Source: Macrostomum hystrix (Eukaryota > Animalia > Platyhelminthes). From it: 64,000 nt of DNA. Of this stretch, positions 1-11,717 are shown piece by piece; the stretch's first letter is position 1; each line of letters opens with the position of its first letter. The notes below the pieces were generated by a model. It was not told where the DNA came from, did not search any database, and worked only from the letters and a program-made list of their open reading frames with translations. Location: NCBI GenBank assembly GCA_950097015.1, contig CATNEN010000039.1, positions 4,774,001-4,838,000 on the forward strand, given 5' to 3'. Both the position numbers and the translations under genes were made by a program.

Positions 1-1464
1 GCGCTGCGGTGTGCAGCCCCACCATGGCGCTGGCCACAGCAGGCGGAAAATAGTAGGGCCCGGACACGCGGGCGAATTTGCTTGGCGCGGTGTCGCCTGA
101 TTTCGAGCCGCCGCAAATTTCCAGACCATCCAGTGCTTCAACAGACGGTCGATAGACAACCCGGCTGACGTGCCCGGAGCTCGGATCCAGGGCTAACACT
201 CCATGCTGCTTAGCTTCGTCTGAGCTGCAGAGGCCGGCAACAGTGAGCACCTGGAAGTTTTCGAGTCGAAATCCAGATTGATGCAGATGCGCGACTGCAG
301 TCAGCTAGCTGGGTGGATAATAGCTGGGTGCAGAAGGGCTGTGGGCAGTTGCAAAATCATTTTGCGATGGTCAACCCGCTGCCAGCGAGGAGGCAATTCT
401 GCCCTTTACGCTGACTCCTGAGCACACATGCACGCAGCAATGCACGAATCGAGCTCATGGACTTAAGCGCGTGAGGCAAACGCGTTAACCGCTCAGCCAG
501 CCACCCCTTACTGGTTGCATGGTTTACTAGTTGCTAGTTAAAGCAGTCAAGAAAATGAGCTCGAACCTCCGGGGGCTCGCAGGCCACCAGCTCACGCCAG
601 GACATTGGTCGCGATAGGCGCAGGTAGAACTCGGTGCCGCAGACCCAGACTCCGGGCGGGCAGGCGTCGCTCTCCTCTTCATCACCGGCTCGGCTAGCGC
701 TGGCGCAACAGAACTGCGTCAATTGGCGAACGCAATGAACCGCCAGGGGTGCCCAGGAATCTGAGACCAGCGATACGGACTCGCCAGATGTGTTTTCTGA
801 GCTTACAGTGTTCTTGCGAGCGTCTGGCACTTCATGACCTAAATAGAATGGATGCAATAGAATATGAACTCGGCGTTTAAAATTGACTTAGATCCCGACA
901 CTTAGAATCTCTGCATTTGATTGGATGGCCCAAAATGCGTTTTTTAGTAACTTGGGATTCGTGAGGACTGAGTATCTGGGATCTTCCTACCAAAATGGGA
1001 AGATTATCATGAAAATGACCCAGGTGATCATGTGATAGCCATAAGTATGTTTCTTCTAAAAAATATATAAACCAAAACGAAATCCCTGTCTCACCCCCAG
1101 ACGGCACCATCACCGCATGTCTCCCACAGGCATCAAACAGATACGGCCTACTCCCTGAACCAACGTGCAGGAGCAAAATGTTTCTGTTGACCAGTGCAAC
1201 ATCAGCGCTTAGAGTGGACAGGCCATTGACTGCTGACAGATGCTCCGTGACACAGTAGAGAGCATTCAATGTGGCGCCGCCGCTGCCAATGCAGGGAGCC
1301 GGATCAATCACTGTGAGCAGTTCGCCAATACTCAGGCGACCAGCCTTCTGTTCAATCCTCAGCGCTTGACTAACTTGATCTGCTGCCAGTTCAGACTGGC
1401 TGGTGACAGCAACCACATGCCAAAAAGGCTCTGAAGTGGCTTTGGCAGCCTGTGAGGCATCCAT
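1..1464 (-). CDS. FCSK: L-fucose kinase (FCSK/FUK-like), 5' part; exons 1464-1095, 838-567, 250-<1, continuing beyond the window
   Basis: WHVVAVTSQ...DPAPCIGSGGATLNAL...EHLSA...ILLLHVG...FDACG, then PPGVWVCGTE, then HGVLALD...VSGPYYF match the N-terminal fucokinase region. GT-AG junctions with consistent phases (1, then 0). Confidence 0.88.
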
Positions 1465-2437
1465 AAAATCAGGAGAAGTACGCAATAATTATAAATCTCG
1501 ACTATGAATATCAATCTATTTTTAAACAAGTAATTTTTGTTCATCACAAATGACTGCTGAAAGATGGTTGCATTGCAATGATTTCATCGATAGGTAGCAA
1601 TGCCAGGATTTCATCTAAATGTTATTCTCATGATTAAATTACAGCTGACCTTAGTGACAGATAATAATACAAATAAAATAGAACATATTTATAGCTGTAT
1701 TCTAATCTAGTAAGTTTTCTGCATAAAACATACTTTTAAATTAAAAATATTGTAAATACCTATTCTAAGACTCTGGACAAAAAGTTGCTTTAATTACAAA
1801 TAAATCTTAATGAGTTTTTATTTACTAAATAAATATTCTGAAATTTTATAAAATAATAATACAATCCAGACTCTTCATACGTCCCTAAATGAAATACAAG
1901 AAAGGTGCAACAAGAAACTAACTGGCTAAGAAAAGCTACAAAAAATATGTGAATTGTAATAGTTAAAGTAAAATTATTTTTATGAACTATCTATTCTTCC
2001 GTTAAACAAAAAATATTCATTACACTACTATTTCACAAGGTGACGCTCAGGCAGTACCACGAAAACATTTCACTAGTTTGAACAAAGTTGATTCTCCGAA
2101 AATATTAAACTCAAAACAGAACAAGTTTCTAAAATATAATAGTTTTCTAATACTTCGATAATAAAGTTAAATTGAGAAAACAAAGTTTACATTTTCACAC
2201 CAAACATGAAGACTGTAGATTTTAACTGTTTTTATAACTTTTTAGTTATAACTTATTAATAGAACATTAAATTCGTTTGATGCAAACCGTTACGTCTTTC
2301 AATATAACAGAAAATCCTCAAAGGACAAACTAAAGAAACTTTTGAAAAAGAGAGTGAGTGTTATTTCAAATTATACTTTTTTTAATTGTTACAATGATTA
2401 AATTTAAAAGTCATTATACTTAAACGCATACATTATA

Positions 2438-3265
2438 TTAGAGTGAAATATAGTTTATATACGTTGGTGTATGGCCCTTGTCTGATCGGAGCTAGTGCAG
2501 TCGATCCGATCTCCTAATTCGTACATGGATTGGAAGGACGCCACAAAATCCTCGAATCAGTCCACGAGTAGGCAATTCTGCTCAATCCGCTGACTGCTGG
2601 GCACACAGGCACAAGATGTACCGTACGCGCGCAGCTGCATGGTGCATCGTGCACGCGTTCACCATCTGCACAATTGTGTACGCATACCCCCGTCTGCCCT
2701 GAATTTTATCCATTGGGCGCGCTAATCCCTGGGCCGATTGCATGCATGCAGCTAAATGTACTGCGATGACGCGAAATGGAAAGGATCCAATATAATAGGG
2801 GACTTCGGAATTGACTCTTGGTGTGGTACATGTAGCTATCATAATGTTTAGCTTTAGAAGAGATCGAGAGAAGATATTGAGGAGATGGGATCGGGGAAGT
2901 TGGATGTCCCAGGTGTAATGCGCAAGGACCACATAGCTGTAGTTATTATACTACAGTGGTCCTTGCCAACGCCTAAGCAGCATAAAAATTCAAACATCTG
3001 CATGGAGGGTATGATCCCTCTTGGCTGAAAGCGAGTGAAAGCGAGGGAGAGTGAAGAGTATAGATCAGATCGAAGGAAGGAAGGAGGAAAGTAACGGCCG
3101 ATTGACAGAGTGAATGGAGGATATGAGATTGGGAATACCCACACACCTATACCTATATTACCTGCACTCATCCACCCTGCACGTAAATTCTCGACCGCCC
3201 CAAGGATAAAATGGAGTAGCGCGAGGAGGGATAGAGTGGAGCCATGCACTATATATATACTCTAA
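2438..3265. mobile_element. Putative non-autonomous TIR DNA element (~830 bp)
   Basis: Imperfect inverted ends (ttagagtgaaatatagt...ggtgtatggccc vs gagccatgcactatatatatactctaa), interior GC-richer than flanks, internal hairpin at 2922-2966. Confidence 0.4.
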
Positions 3266-3267
3266 AG

Positions 3268-3593
3268 AAAGGTGCGCGCTGTATTTTTGCTGGAAGCATG
3301 CCGGCTTTCGGGCTGCATGGCTATAATATGACGATTTCTGATGACCGAATGCAGTGATTCTATGTTAGCAAATCGCACCTTTATTAAGAGTATAGAGACT
3401 GGCTTGTGTGCATTTAAATTAATGCTCAAATGCTCAAAATGCAATACAAAATATTGCTAAACATATAGAATCGCCTGGGTTTACCCGTGCAGCAGCAGCT
3501 ATAGCCATGCTTGATTGATTGCAAGCTAGCAAGCGCTACTAAGCATTGACCCTATGCTGACGTCATCTAGCGAGGCATCTATAGCGCACCTTT
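3268..3593. mobile_element. Small TIR element (MITE-like, AAAGG...CCTTT ends), cut by the duplication breakpoint at 3410
   Basis: aaaggtgcgc (3268-3277) / gcgcaccttt (3584-3593), plus internal inverted gcatggctata / tatagccatgc. Confidence 0.4.
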
Positions 3594-3842
3594 TATCACT
3601 AACTTGAGATTAAGTCCGTAAACTCTAGTTGATATGGAATTGATGTCAGAGGGCTATAATATGCTATGGATGTCGATTCGCGAACTGACTTGGCTGTACG
3701 AATAGACTCAAATGCTGAGTGAATGGCTGTGTGAGAAACGTACTGTGTGCAAACGCACTTTCGCGAATTTACTACATCTGGCTGATTAACTGACTGCAAT
3801 ATATATAGATAGGTAAGCAGATCTTAAACAAATCCTAAAAGC

Positions 3843-4590
3843 GTATTTGTACAAAAGTACTTGAAGTACTGTTGCAATTGCTATTTCTGTTGGTATTTTC
3901 GCAAAAATACGGACATGTTCTGAAACGAAGGTAAGGGCAGAATTTTTGCAAGAGTTTGCAAGTAGCGTGGCTTACTGGTATTTACGCGAATGTAGATACG
4001 TATTCCTAGACAAAGTGTCTTGTACCTTTTACCATAGACGTTTCAACGAGCAGTATTTCTGCAAATTGCCAAAAGTATTGATGAATGCTATTCTTGAAGG
4101 TATTTTCACGAAAAGACAAATTATAGTTCTAGATGAAAAATAAAGGGAGCATTTTTGCGAAAATACTTAAAGTAGTGTTGATTATTATTTTTAATGATAT
4201 TTTCACGAAAATACTAATGTGTCCCAAAGGAAAGTAAAGGCGTTATCGAATGAAGGATGCTGCCGCATTCGAACAAACGTACGTCAGTAGTATGCTAATA
4301 ACAATCATTAACGATGGTATTTTCGCGAAAATACTGATGCGTGTTTTCAAACGAAAGTATACGAGTAAAAGCGGTATTTCAGCAAAAAATTATTATTATT
4401 GCTGATATATTCTTGAAGGTATTTTAGCGAAAGTACATAAGAATTCTCAAACAAGTGTACGGTAGTATTTGTGCAAAAATACTTTAAGGTAGTGATGATT
4501 AATATTTCTGAAGGTAATTTTCACAAAAAGAAAACTTTTTTTTCAAAGAAAAGTAAAGGTCGTATTAAATGGTATTTTTGCAAAAATACA
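3843..4590. repeat. Degenerate array of about 12-15 palindromes (consensus GTATTTTCGCGAAAATAC), ~50-bp spacing; second copy at 12151-12898
   Basis: Motif variants at about 3843, 3892, 3977, 4052, 4099, 4148, 4196, 4316, 4372, 4418, 4464, 4512, 4571. Confidence 0.7.
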
Positions 4591-5128
4591 GATTTGTCAT
4601 TAAGCGAATTGAAAGCGTGTTCTAATGCACTGGTTGCAGAGTGTCAGATCATTAAACATTTACATACAGCATTGCACTGCACGTATTTGACTTTGATTTA
4701 AATATGCACACATCGCGACACCAATATTTTGAATTTAATTGTCGCATAAAACTAGCGTGTTCTTGACCGAGGTACCGGTATGTTCTATGAGGCATGAGCT
4801 AATGCGCTATGGTCAGACCTTTTTTACACCAGTTTCAGCAGACAATTTTTGACAAGTGCGCCGACCTTTTTTACCGACTATTTATAGCCTGGTTTTTTGC
4901 ATTAGGAACCCGACCATTTTTTCACTTTTTCGTGTGTGGCCTATAGTGACCCTTCAGTCTGGATTTCCCTTTTTACATAGAAAATGAGAGGGAATTCCAA
5001 GCCACCCTTCTAAAAAAACCCGGGACTCTGTTGTCGGCGGTAAAAAATGGTCGATGCATTTTTTGTGCTTATGGCATCATTCCTATTTCAGAATGAACTA
5101 GGCTATAGTAATGAAGATACAATGGAAC

Positions 5129-5366
5129 TTTACCGGTTGGGTGCCGAGCAAGTTAATGGCGGTCGATCGAGGCGCGTAGCGCCGAGATCGTAATCGCAAT
5201 TAACTGCGAGGCAGCCAACCGGTAAAAGCATTATAAGGCTTCAGGCCATAGACAAATCAACTCCCCCTATAACGCTATCTGGCGGCTGTCGGTCGACAAG
5301 CAACGGCGTTATAGGGGGAGTTGATTTGTCTATGGCCTGAAGCCTTATAATGCTTTTACCGGTTGG
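5129..5366. repeat. Perfect 61-bp inverted repeat (5215-5275 / 5306-5366, 30-nt loop) overlapping an imperfect hairpin (5129-5226); second copy at 13437-13674
   Basis: ccaaccggtaaaagc...ctataacgc and its exact reverse complement. Confidence 0.9.
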
Positions 5367-6920
5367 TAAAATACTTTAATTGATAATTGAAAAGAAACAA
5401 ATATAAGCGTCCAAATTTTGTAAGCTTCTGGCTCATGGCGGATTGGCGCAGTTTGTGCCATAGACATGCCATTATCGCTGAGTGATCGTTTATACCATAA
5501 TACGTTGCTGAAGCCTTATAATCTTCATTGCGAGATGGCCATGAGCCAGCAAGGACCTTGTGGAAGCCGAGCGAAGCAAGATTTTCCATAGGTCCTTTCG
5601 AAGACGAACCCTAACCTAAATATTTATATTTATTCACTTGTTGTGTATTGTATTTGTTTTCCTTCTTCTTCTTAGACAACTCACAAACGCAACGATGGAT
5701 ACAACAATGAAAAAAAAATGAACATCAAAGGAGAAATTAATAACAAAAACATTTTGTACACAGTGAGTCCGAAATTCTTTCCAATGACACCACGTGTGCT
5801 ATAATTTGATATTTGTTCAGGACTTATATGCAAAAACGATCTAAAATTACGTGTGCAAAATGCCATTCAAAAACAAAAAGGATATATAAAAAACTGAGCC
5901 TATTGTTTTGCTAATTTCGCATCAGGCGGTTTAGAGCGTCTATTGGAGAAACTTTTAAGGCTGGTAAGAAAAAATTTTGCGAGTCAGTTTTTTTGCGTCT
6001 GCATGAAAATTGTACCCGATTTTTGCCGATTTTTCCATTTTCATGTACAAAGTACATCTAACCTGCACGTATCCACACGTGCAATACCTTGTTGGAAAGG
6101 GCATCCAAGCACCTATCCAATGATGCCATACTTGTTTCTTAATGTTTCGTTGGTCAAAAGTTGTGCGCCAAAGCCTTCAAACTTTTGCCGAGCAACAGGT
6201 AAAAAAATTGAAGGTTTTAGCAGCCTAGCTGACCACCAGCATGTCATAAAAACTTGATAAATTACGGAATCGTTATTGAATATGTTGGCAATAATGACAA
6301 ACAGGCGGCTAATAAGCAGCACCATAAAACGCACAATTGTTAGGGCTCCTTTTATGAGTCAAACAATGACCAAAACTGACCAAAAACACGTTTTTGAACA
6401 TTAAAGCCGGACATATTTAAAGCAGTGCACTTAAACAAACTGAAACCAACGCAGCAATTTAGATGACATCCAGTTGATTCTAAAAACATGCAAAACCAAG
6501 CAGAAAATGCATTGCTTCCTTACTTTTAGTAGGGCCTCAAAGTGCACCTATACAAAATGCACTTTTAAAGTACACGTCTACTTTTTAGTACTAAAGGTTA
6601 CCTGATAAAATGCTTGTCTTCATTAGACAGCCCCAGATGTCCCGCAAACAGTTCAGCAGCTCAAAGGACGCGCGGCCTTTATGCTGCTTCCTGTCAAACG
6701 TTTGAAAAAATGCACTTTTTGCACCTCTGCAAAAACACGTTTTTCACCTTGTCTGCATGTACAAAGGAGCAAATGCTCTAAAAATCATTATCATATTATT
6801 GTAGCCTATAAATGCCCGCTTAAGGTCATATAGATCGTTAGGCAGCACCTTATTTTTCGTTACTCAATCCTTATTTTTATGAACACAATTTTCGAGCAAC
6901 TCTAAAAAACACACTTTTCC

Positions 6921-6934
6921 GTTGCCATAGCAAC
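6921..6934. promoter_or_regulatory. RFX X-box-like palindrome GTTGCCATAGCAAC ~430 bp upstream of the SH3BGR ATG (also 15229-15242)
   Basis: One mismatch from the palindromic X-box GTTGCCATGGCAAC; may instead be transposon-borne. Confidence 0.35.
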
Positions 6935-7359
6935 CAAACAACGCGTCCGTGACAACCAAGCATGCCTGGCCCGATTGCCCCAGGTGTTTTACATTTAAGC
7001 GAAAACCGCATCCCTTTACAACACGTAATTCTCAAACGGTGGCATTTACAATTCGAAAAACGTCGTTTTCAGTGTGTGCAGTTGTTACCCAATCTTATCA
7101 TAGATGTTCTCGCATACTGGCTCACCCATCTCGCAACTAGATTAATTCCACAGTATTCCTTTCGATACAGCTGTGCTTTTTGTGTTGACCAGATTTTATT
7201 TTCGCAACGCATACGTTATGTACTTTGTTTTAATCATTTTAACACGGAAAGCATCAAGCACATATTCGAAGCTTCGAGAGAGACATTTGGATTTTAAAAT
7301 CTGTCATCTATAATTTACACGCGGGTAGTAGTAGAGTCTTAAAAAACAGTTGCTAAATC

Positions 7360-7404
7360 ATGTCACTCAGGTTATTTGTTTCATCTATCTCTGGAAATAT
7401 GAAG
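7360..7404 (+). CDS. Duplicated first coding exon of the SH3BGR-family gene (MSLRLFVSSISGNMK)
   Basis: ATG...AAG|gtatga donor; identical to 15675-15719. Confidence 0.8.
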
Positions 7405-8666
7405 GTATGATTTTAGAAAAAATAACTGATAACTAAACTAACCTAACCCACTGTGTATTCTTTTTGGCTTAGCTAGCTAGCTATCCATGGACCATGTAGA
7501 AGTGGAACGCTGGTCTGATTGCCATACTATTATTACAGCTTAGCTAATAATTCAATATTTTAGGAGGGAAATGGCACATCATTTGGTGCTATAGGCCTAA
7601 ACACATATGGCTTGCATATCTAGTTATCAATTACCATTTAAGGGTTTACTATTTTAGCACAAAAATAATGGTCAATGACTAATGTTTTATTATTTAACCA
7701 TTGGAGCAGGAGCCTACAAATAACATAACTGCTATTCATAGGGTGACTGTACAACTAACAAAATGACTGGCTAATAATATGGTGACAATGATAAAAATTT
7801 TGTTGTAATTCACTTTTCAAAATGTTTGAACTTTGAGGTTTGACCTAGCCTCTAGGGAGTAGGGGCAGAAAGTCTAAAACTTCCATGTTGCGAGCCACAT
7901 CTCAGCCTAACCATGTCAAATTTTCAACTCATGTTCCTGACACACAAGTTAGAAAGGTAATAAATTTGCTTTCTACAGACTATAAAATGCATTTTGCATA
8001 CAATAACTATTCTGGCATTGGAGGTAGAGATGTGGTGGCAATGATGAATAACATCTAATAATTACCATATGAATCAAATGAATGATGAATAAAATGCAAG
8101 TGACAGGTGTAGCAATACTGTATTCTTATAATCTTATCTTCTCTATTTATCGCTCTTACTTTATCATTAAACTTTTTATATTTGTGCATTCACTGTATAA
8201 ATAATAATTTTGCTTTTTGTATGCTCACCATATGAATAGCCATCTTGCTATTTGTACAATCACTGTATAAATAACAAATACATTGATTCTACATTTCTGA
8301 AAACTTGACCTATCACTACCAAAAATGAATAGGTCCAATCCAGGTATTTTAAATTCAAAATGGGAATCTGAAATGCCAAATGTACAGTATATTTCTCAAT
8401 GTATGTTTCCAATTTAATTATATATAGCTACTAGCTTTTTTGCCCGTTGTTTTTGGGGCAGAAATTTAAAGCAAAGCAGTAAGCAATTCACGTCTCTGTA
8501 TTAACTTTATAGTGAAGGTCACCATTTATTTATTTACTGCATTAATGAAAAGTGAAGAGTTTGTTTAAGGGCGTTTTAAGTAAAAAATAAGTGAAAAGTT
8601 TGTCCAAACAGCCCCCTCTTGATTACTTCTTTAGAAACATGTCTTTTAGCCACTCCTCTATACAGT

Positions 8667-8943
8667 CAGTGGCAGATCCAGGAATTTTGTTTTGGGGCGG
8701 TCTGTCAGGGGAGCGCCATGAGAATCACAGAGGGGGTGCCAGCGGCCGAAAAAGGGCGCCAGGAGCCAAGAAAGGGCGCCAGCGGCTGAAAAACGGGAGC
8801 CAGCGGCTGAAAAAGGGGCGCCAGCGGCCGAAAAGGGGCGCCAGTGCTGCGACTGGCGCCCCTGGTAGGGGCATCTTATTCCCATGATTAAAATTTTGGG
8901 GGGGGGCGACTGCCCCCGGCCCCCCCCCCTAAATCTGCCTCTG
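8667..8943. mobile_element. hAT-type MITE nested in the Helitron (also 16982-17260)
   Basis: TIRs CAGTGGCAGAT / ATCTGCCTCTG, perfect 8-bp TSD TATACAGT, internal ggcgccagcggc subrepeats. Confidence 0.88.
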
Positions 8944-9095
8944 TATACAGTATGCATGTACACGCGTATACATAAGGAAAATAGCCATGGCATAACAATA
9001 ACAATGTCAAAGAAACAAAATTAAACTGTTTCAGAGTTCAGAGTTAGACAGGTCAAGGTCAATTCGTGACTACTTTTCTATTAATTGCTTGCGAG

Positions 9096-9712
9096 TCACC
9101 TCAAGGCCTGGGGATACACCACATTCTTCGTTCTTCCCCTTGGTGCGAAAATGAATAGGCCAGCTGGAGTTCCAACACGGGAGCAGGCGACATAAAGCTG
9201 CCCATGCGAGAAGCAAGGAGTCTCCAGGTTGATGCCAGCCACCTTCAGCGACTGTCCCTGAGCCTTGTTAATAGTCATCGCAAAGCACACTCTCACAGGG
9301 AACTGCAGTCGCTTGAACTGAAATGGCAGGTCCGTGGGGATAATTGGAATCCGGGGAACGAACACAGACTCTCCTCTGCCAGATCCAGTCATTATCGTGG
9401 CCTCAATCACGTGTGGGAAGAGCCGCCTGACTATCAGTCTGGTGCCGTTACACAGCCTTGGCGCATTCAGGTTGCGGAGGAGCATAATTGGTGCCCCAAC
9501 TTTCAGCTGCAAGTTGTGCGATGGAGTTCCAGGAGAATCTAGAGAGTTCAGAAACTCAACAGGATACTCCACAGCGGTGTCATCAGTCAACGTTGTATCA
9601 ATTGACTTGTAGGTGAAAACTGCACCTGGCAACTCCTGAAGCAGTTGGTAGTTAATTTCGTTGGCGGCATCATTTCTAGAACACAGAATTGCCCTCTCTG
9701 ACAGCCAGTCAA
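9096..9712 (-). pseudogene. Helitron Rep/Hel C-terminal PIF1-family helicase fragment (also 17413-18029)
   Basis: RAIL..N, LKVGAPIMLLRNL, LCNGTRL, PRI, QFPVRVCFAMTINKAQGQS, FSHGQLYVACSR, TKNVVY*; no N-terminal helicase motifs or Rep domain. Confidence 0.92.
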
Positions 9713-11717
9713 CGCCAGCCTCTCTCTTTCTTCTATCCCAGGCTGGCTGGAGAGAAATATCGACCGGAGAGCCCTGCGCACTGGGACGCCACCGCACTCA
9801 CCGCACTCACCGCACTCAGTCTCAGTGCTGCTTGGGGGCCATTAGACAGTCTAGGGGTTTGGGTTGTGTACATTCACGGCTTGAAATACAATGTACAGTC
9901 TGGGGCTTCGGCGCCCGGGGAAGGGAGGGGGTGGCTGTAATAAAATTTGGCCCGCAGAGTGGCGGAGGGGAGTTGGGGTGGCTGTCCTCAGAAAACAAAA
10001 AGTGACTCACTTTGAGATGATGCAGCTTTGCTCTGGATTGAGTAGAGATGTTCAAAATTGACAGAATTGTTGGAAAACATGTAAAGTGTAAGTGGATCAA
10101 ATTTGGAGAAAATCTGACAAAGTGGGGCGACGATATGTCGAATTGAGTGATTTTTTGACGATTTTCGAGCAGTTTTTTGCACTTTTGAGCAGGAAGGAAA
10201 TGATTTTTCGGGAATTTGAGTAGCCTATTGCACTCAGCGTAGGTGGTTTTAGGTATGTGCAAAGTTTGGTGCAATTTGGTTGAGCGGTTTCGGCGTCTAT
10301 AAAGACAAAAGGTTGCACACACACAGACAGACAGACAGAGTTTTCACTTTTATATATATAGATGTTCTCTTTTATTTCTTGTTTTATGCAATTTATATTC
10401 ATATAAAAAAAATTTTTTCTTAGATTTGTCATAGAATTTATTATTTAAGTTGCTTGCACAAGACAGTAGATGATATAACAGGGTTTTTGCCTACCATCAT
10501 TTACCTACAGCAGAAGATAAAAATTAAGGCTTGGGCCCCAAGGACAATTTCAAAGTAGTGAGGCTTTCATTTTTTCTGTAGCAGTGTGCACTGTTTATAT
10601 TTTATAGCCAAACTCATTCATTGTGTTAGATGGTTAGGGTGATTGGTGATATTATACAAAGGCCATTTGTATCATGTGTTCTGTGTCTTATCTTAAACAA
10701 ATAAACAGTGGGACTAGCTTCTAAGGCTAATTGTTGTTTTTGAGCAAAAGAGTTCCATGCTAGACCAAACTTAAAACTTTGTGGCATATGTACAGGATTT
10801 TGTACAGGATGTACAGATGTATAGGAACAGAAACACACAATAAGACTCCTATAAGCAAAACTCACCTGAGGCAGCAAACTGCCATTCTTTGCTTTCATGC
10901 CCAGCAGTCATTTTAATTTCCAAGCATTTCAATCCAATCAAAGCATTGGCCACAGAGAGAATTATAAAAATTCAAACAGCAAGAGAGACTTTTATTTAAT
11001 GGGGCTGCAGCATTGCACAGATCCACAGTACATGTAATGCAAGCTGAAATCTAAACACCAAATCCATGGAAGATATATTTAAGAGACTCGCAATCTGCTT
11101 CTGAACACCCAGACCATAAGTAAAAATTGTCTAGTGATCTGCCGTATGCCATGTAACCAAAAGTGCATGTCGGCATTAGGTACTTTGGAATTAAATGGTT
11201 CACGTGAGGCGAACTCGACCAGGTGCAGAATTCATAGATGAGATGGATTCTAGGTAAATACGAGTTAAAAATTAACTTGCCTAATTCTTGTGCTGGCATA
11301 TTCCTAGATAATGCTGTCATGCATGCAGAGATAAAACAGTTTGTGCCTGGATGTTATTTTTTAGTTAGTGCCTGCAGCTCTACAATACTGATCCAAGATA
11401 TGCTTTATCGACCTTGAATAATGTACTCGAGTAGGATGCCTATCTAGCTTGAGGTGTGGATGTCCGAAACTGCAATAGGGGCGCTGCCCGCATTTGAGTG
11501 CCAAATAACAATTGCGCGATAGTAAATTGTCTTCTCTTGACTACCAGCCTGGCACTGATCGGGCAGCTCGGTCAAGTCCAACACTAGAATTATCTCCTGT
11601 TGTTCTCCTTAAGTTCAGATGGGCACCAGCCAGACCCCCATGTACTGGAGCTCCTCGAATGTATGCTGGCTGAAGAGTTTCTCTATATAAATTATGGCTC
11701 GAAAAGCCTTTCGAAAA

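Larger units (their letters stand above)
8431..10362 (-). mobile_element. Non-autonomous, internally deleted Helitron, copy 1
   Basis: 5' TCTATATATATAAAA plus (GTCT)n, 3' GC hairpin (tgcccc...gggca) plus CTAG, inserted between A and T, contains a PIF1 helicase fragment. Confidence 0.9.
3410..11712 (+). repeat. Tandem segmental duplication, copy 1 (8303 bp)
   Basis: Sequence and ORF track recur at an offset of 8308-8317. Confidence 0.97.

Noticed and set aside
877-1094. C-terminal part of the 202-aa ORF
   Set aside because: Read-through into fucokinase intron 1 after the GTGAG donor.
3843-4590. CRISPR array
   Set aside because: Eukaryotic context, degenerate repeats, spacers related to each other, no cas genes.
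9096-9797. Cellular PIF1 gene
   Set aside because: Only the C-terminal half is present, with a non-ATG start, enclosed by Helitron termini.
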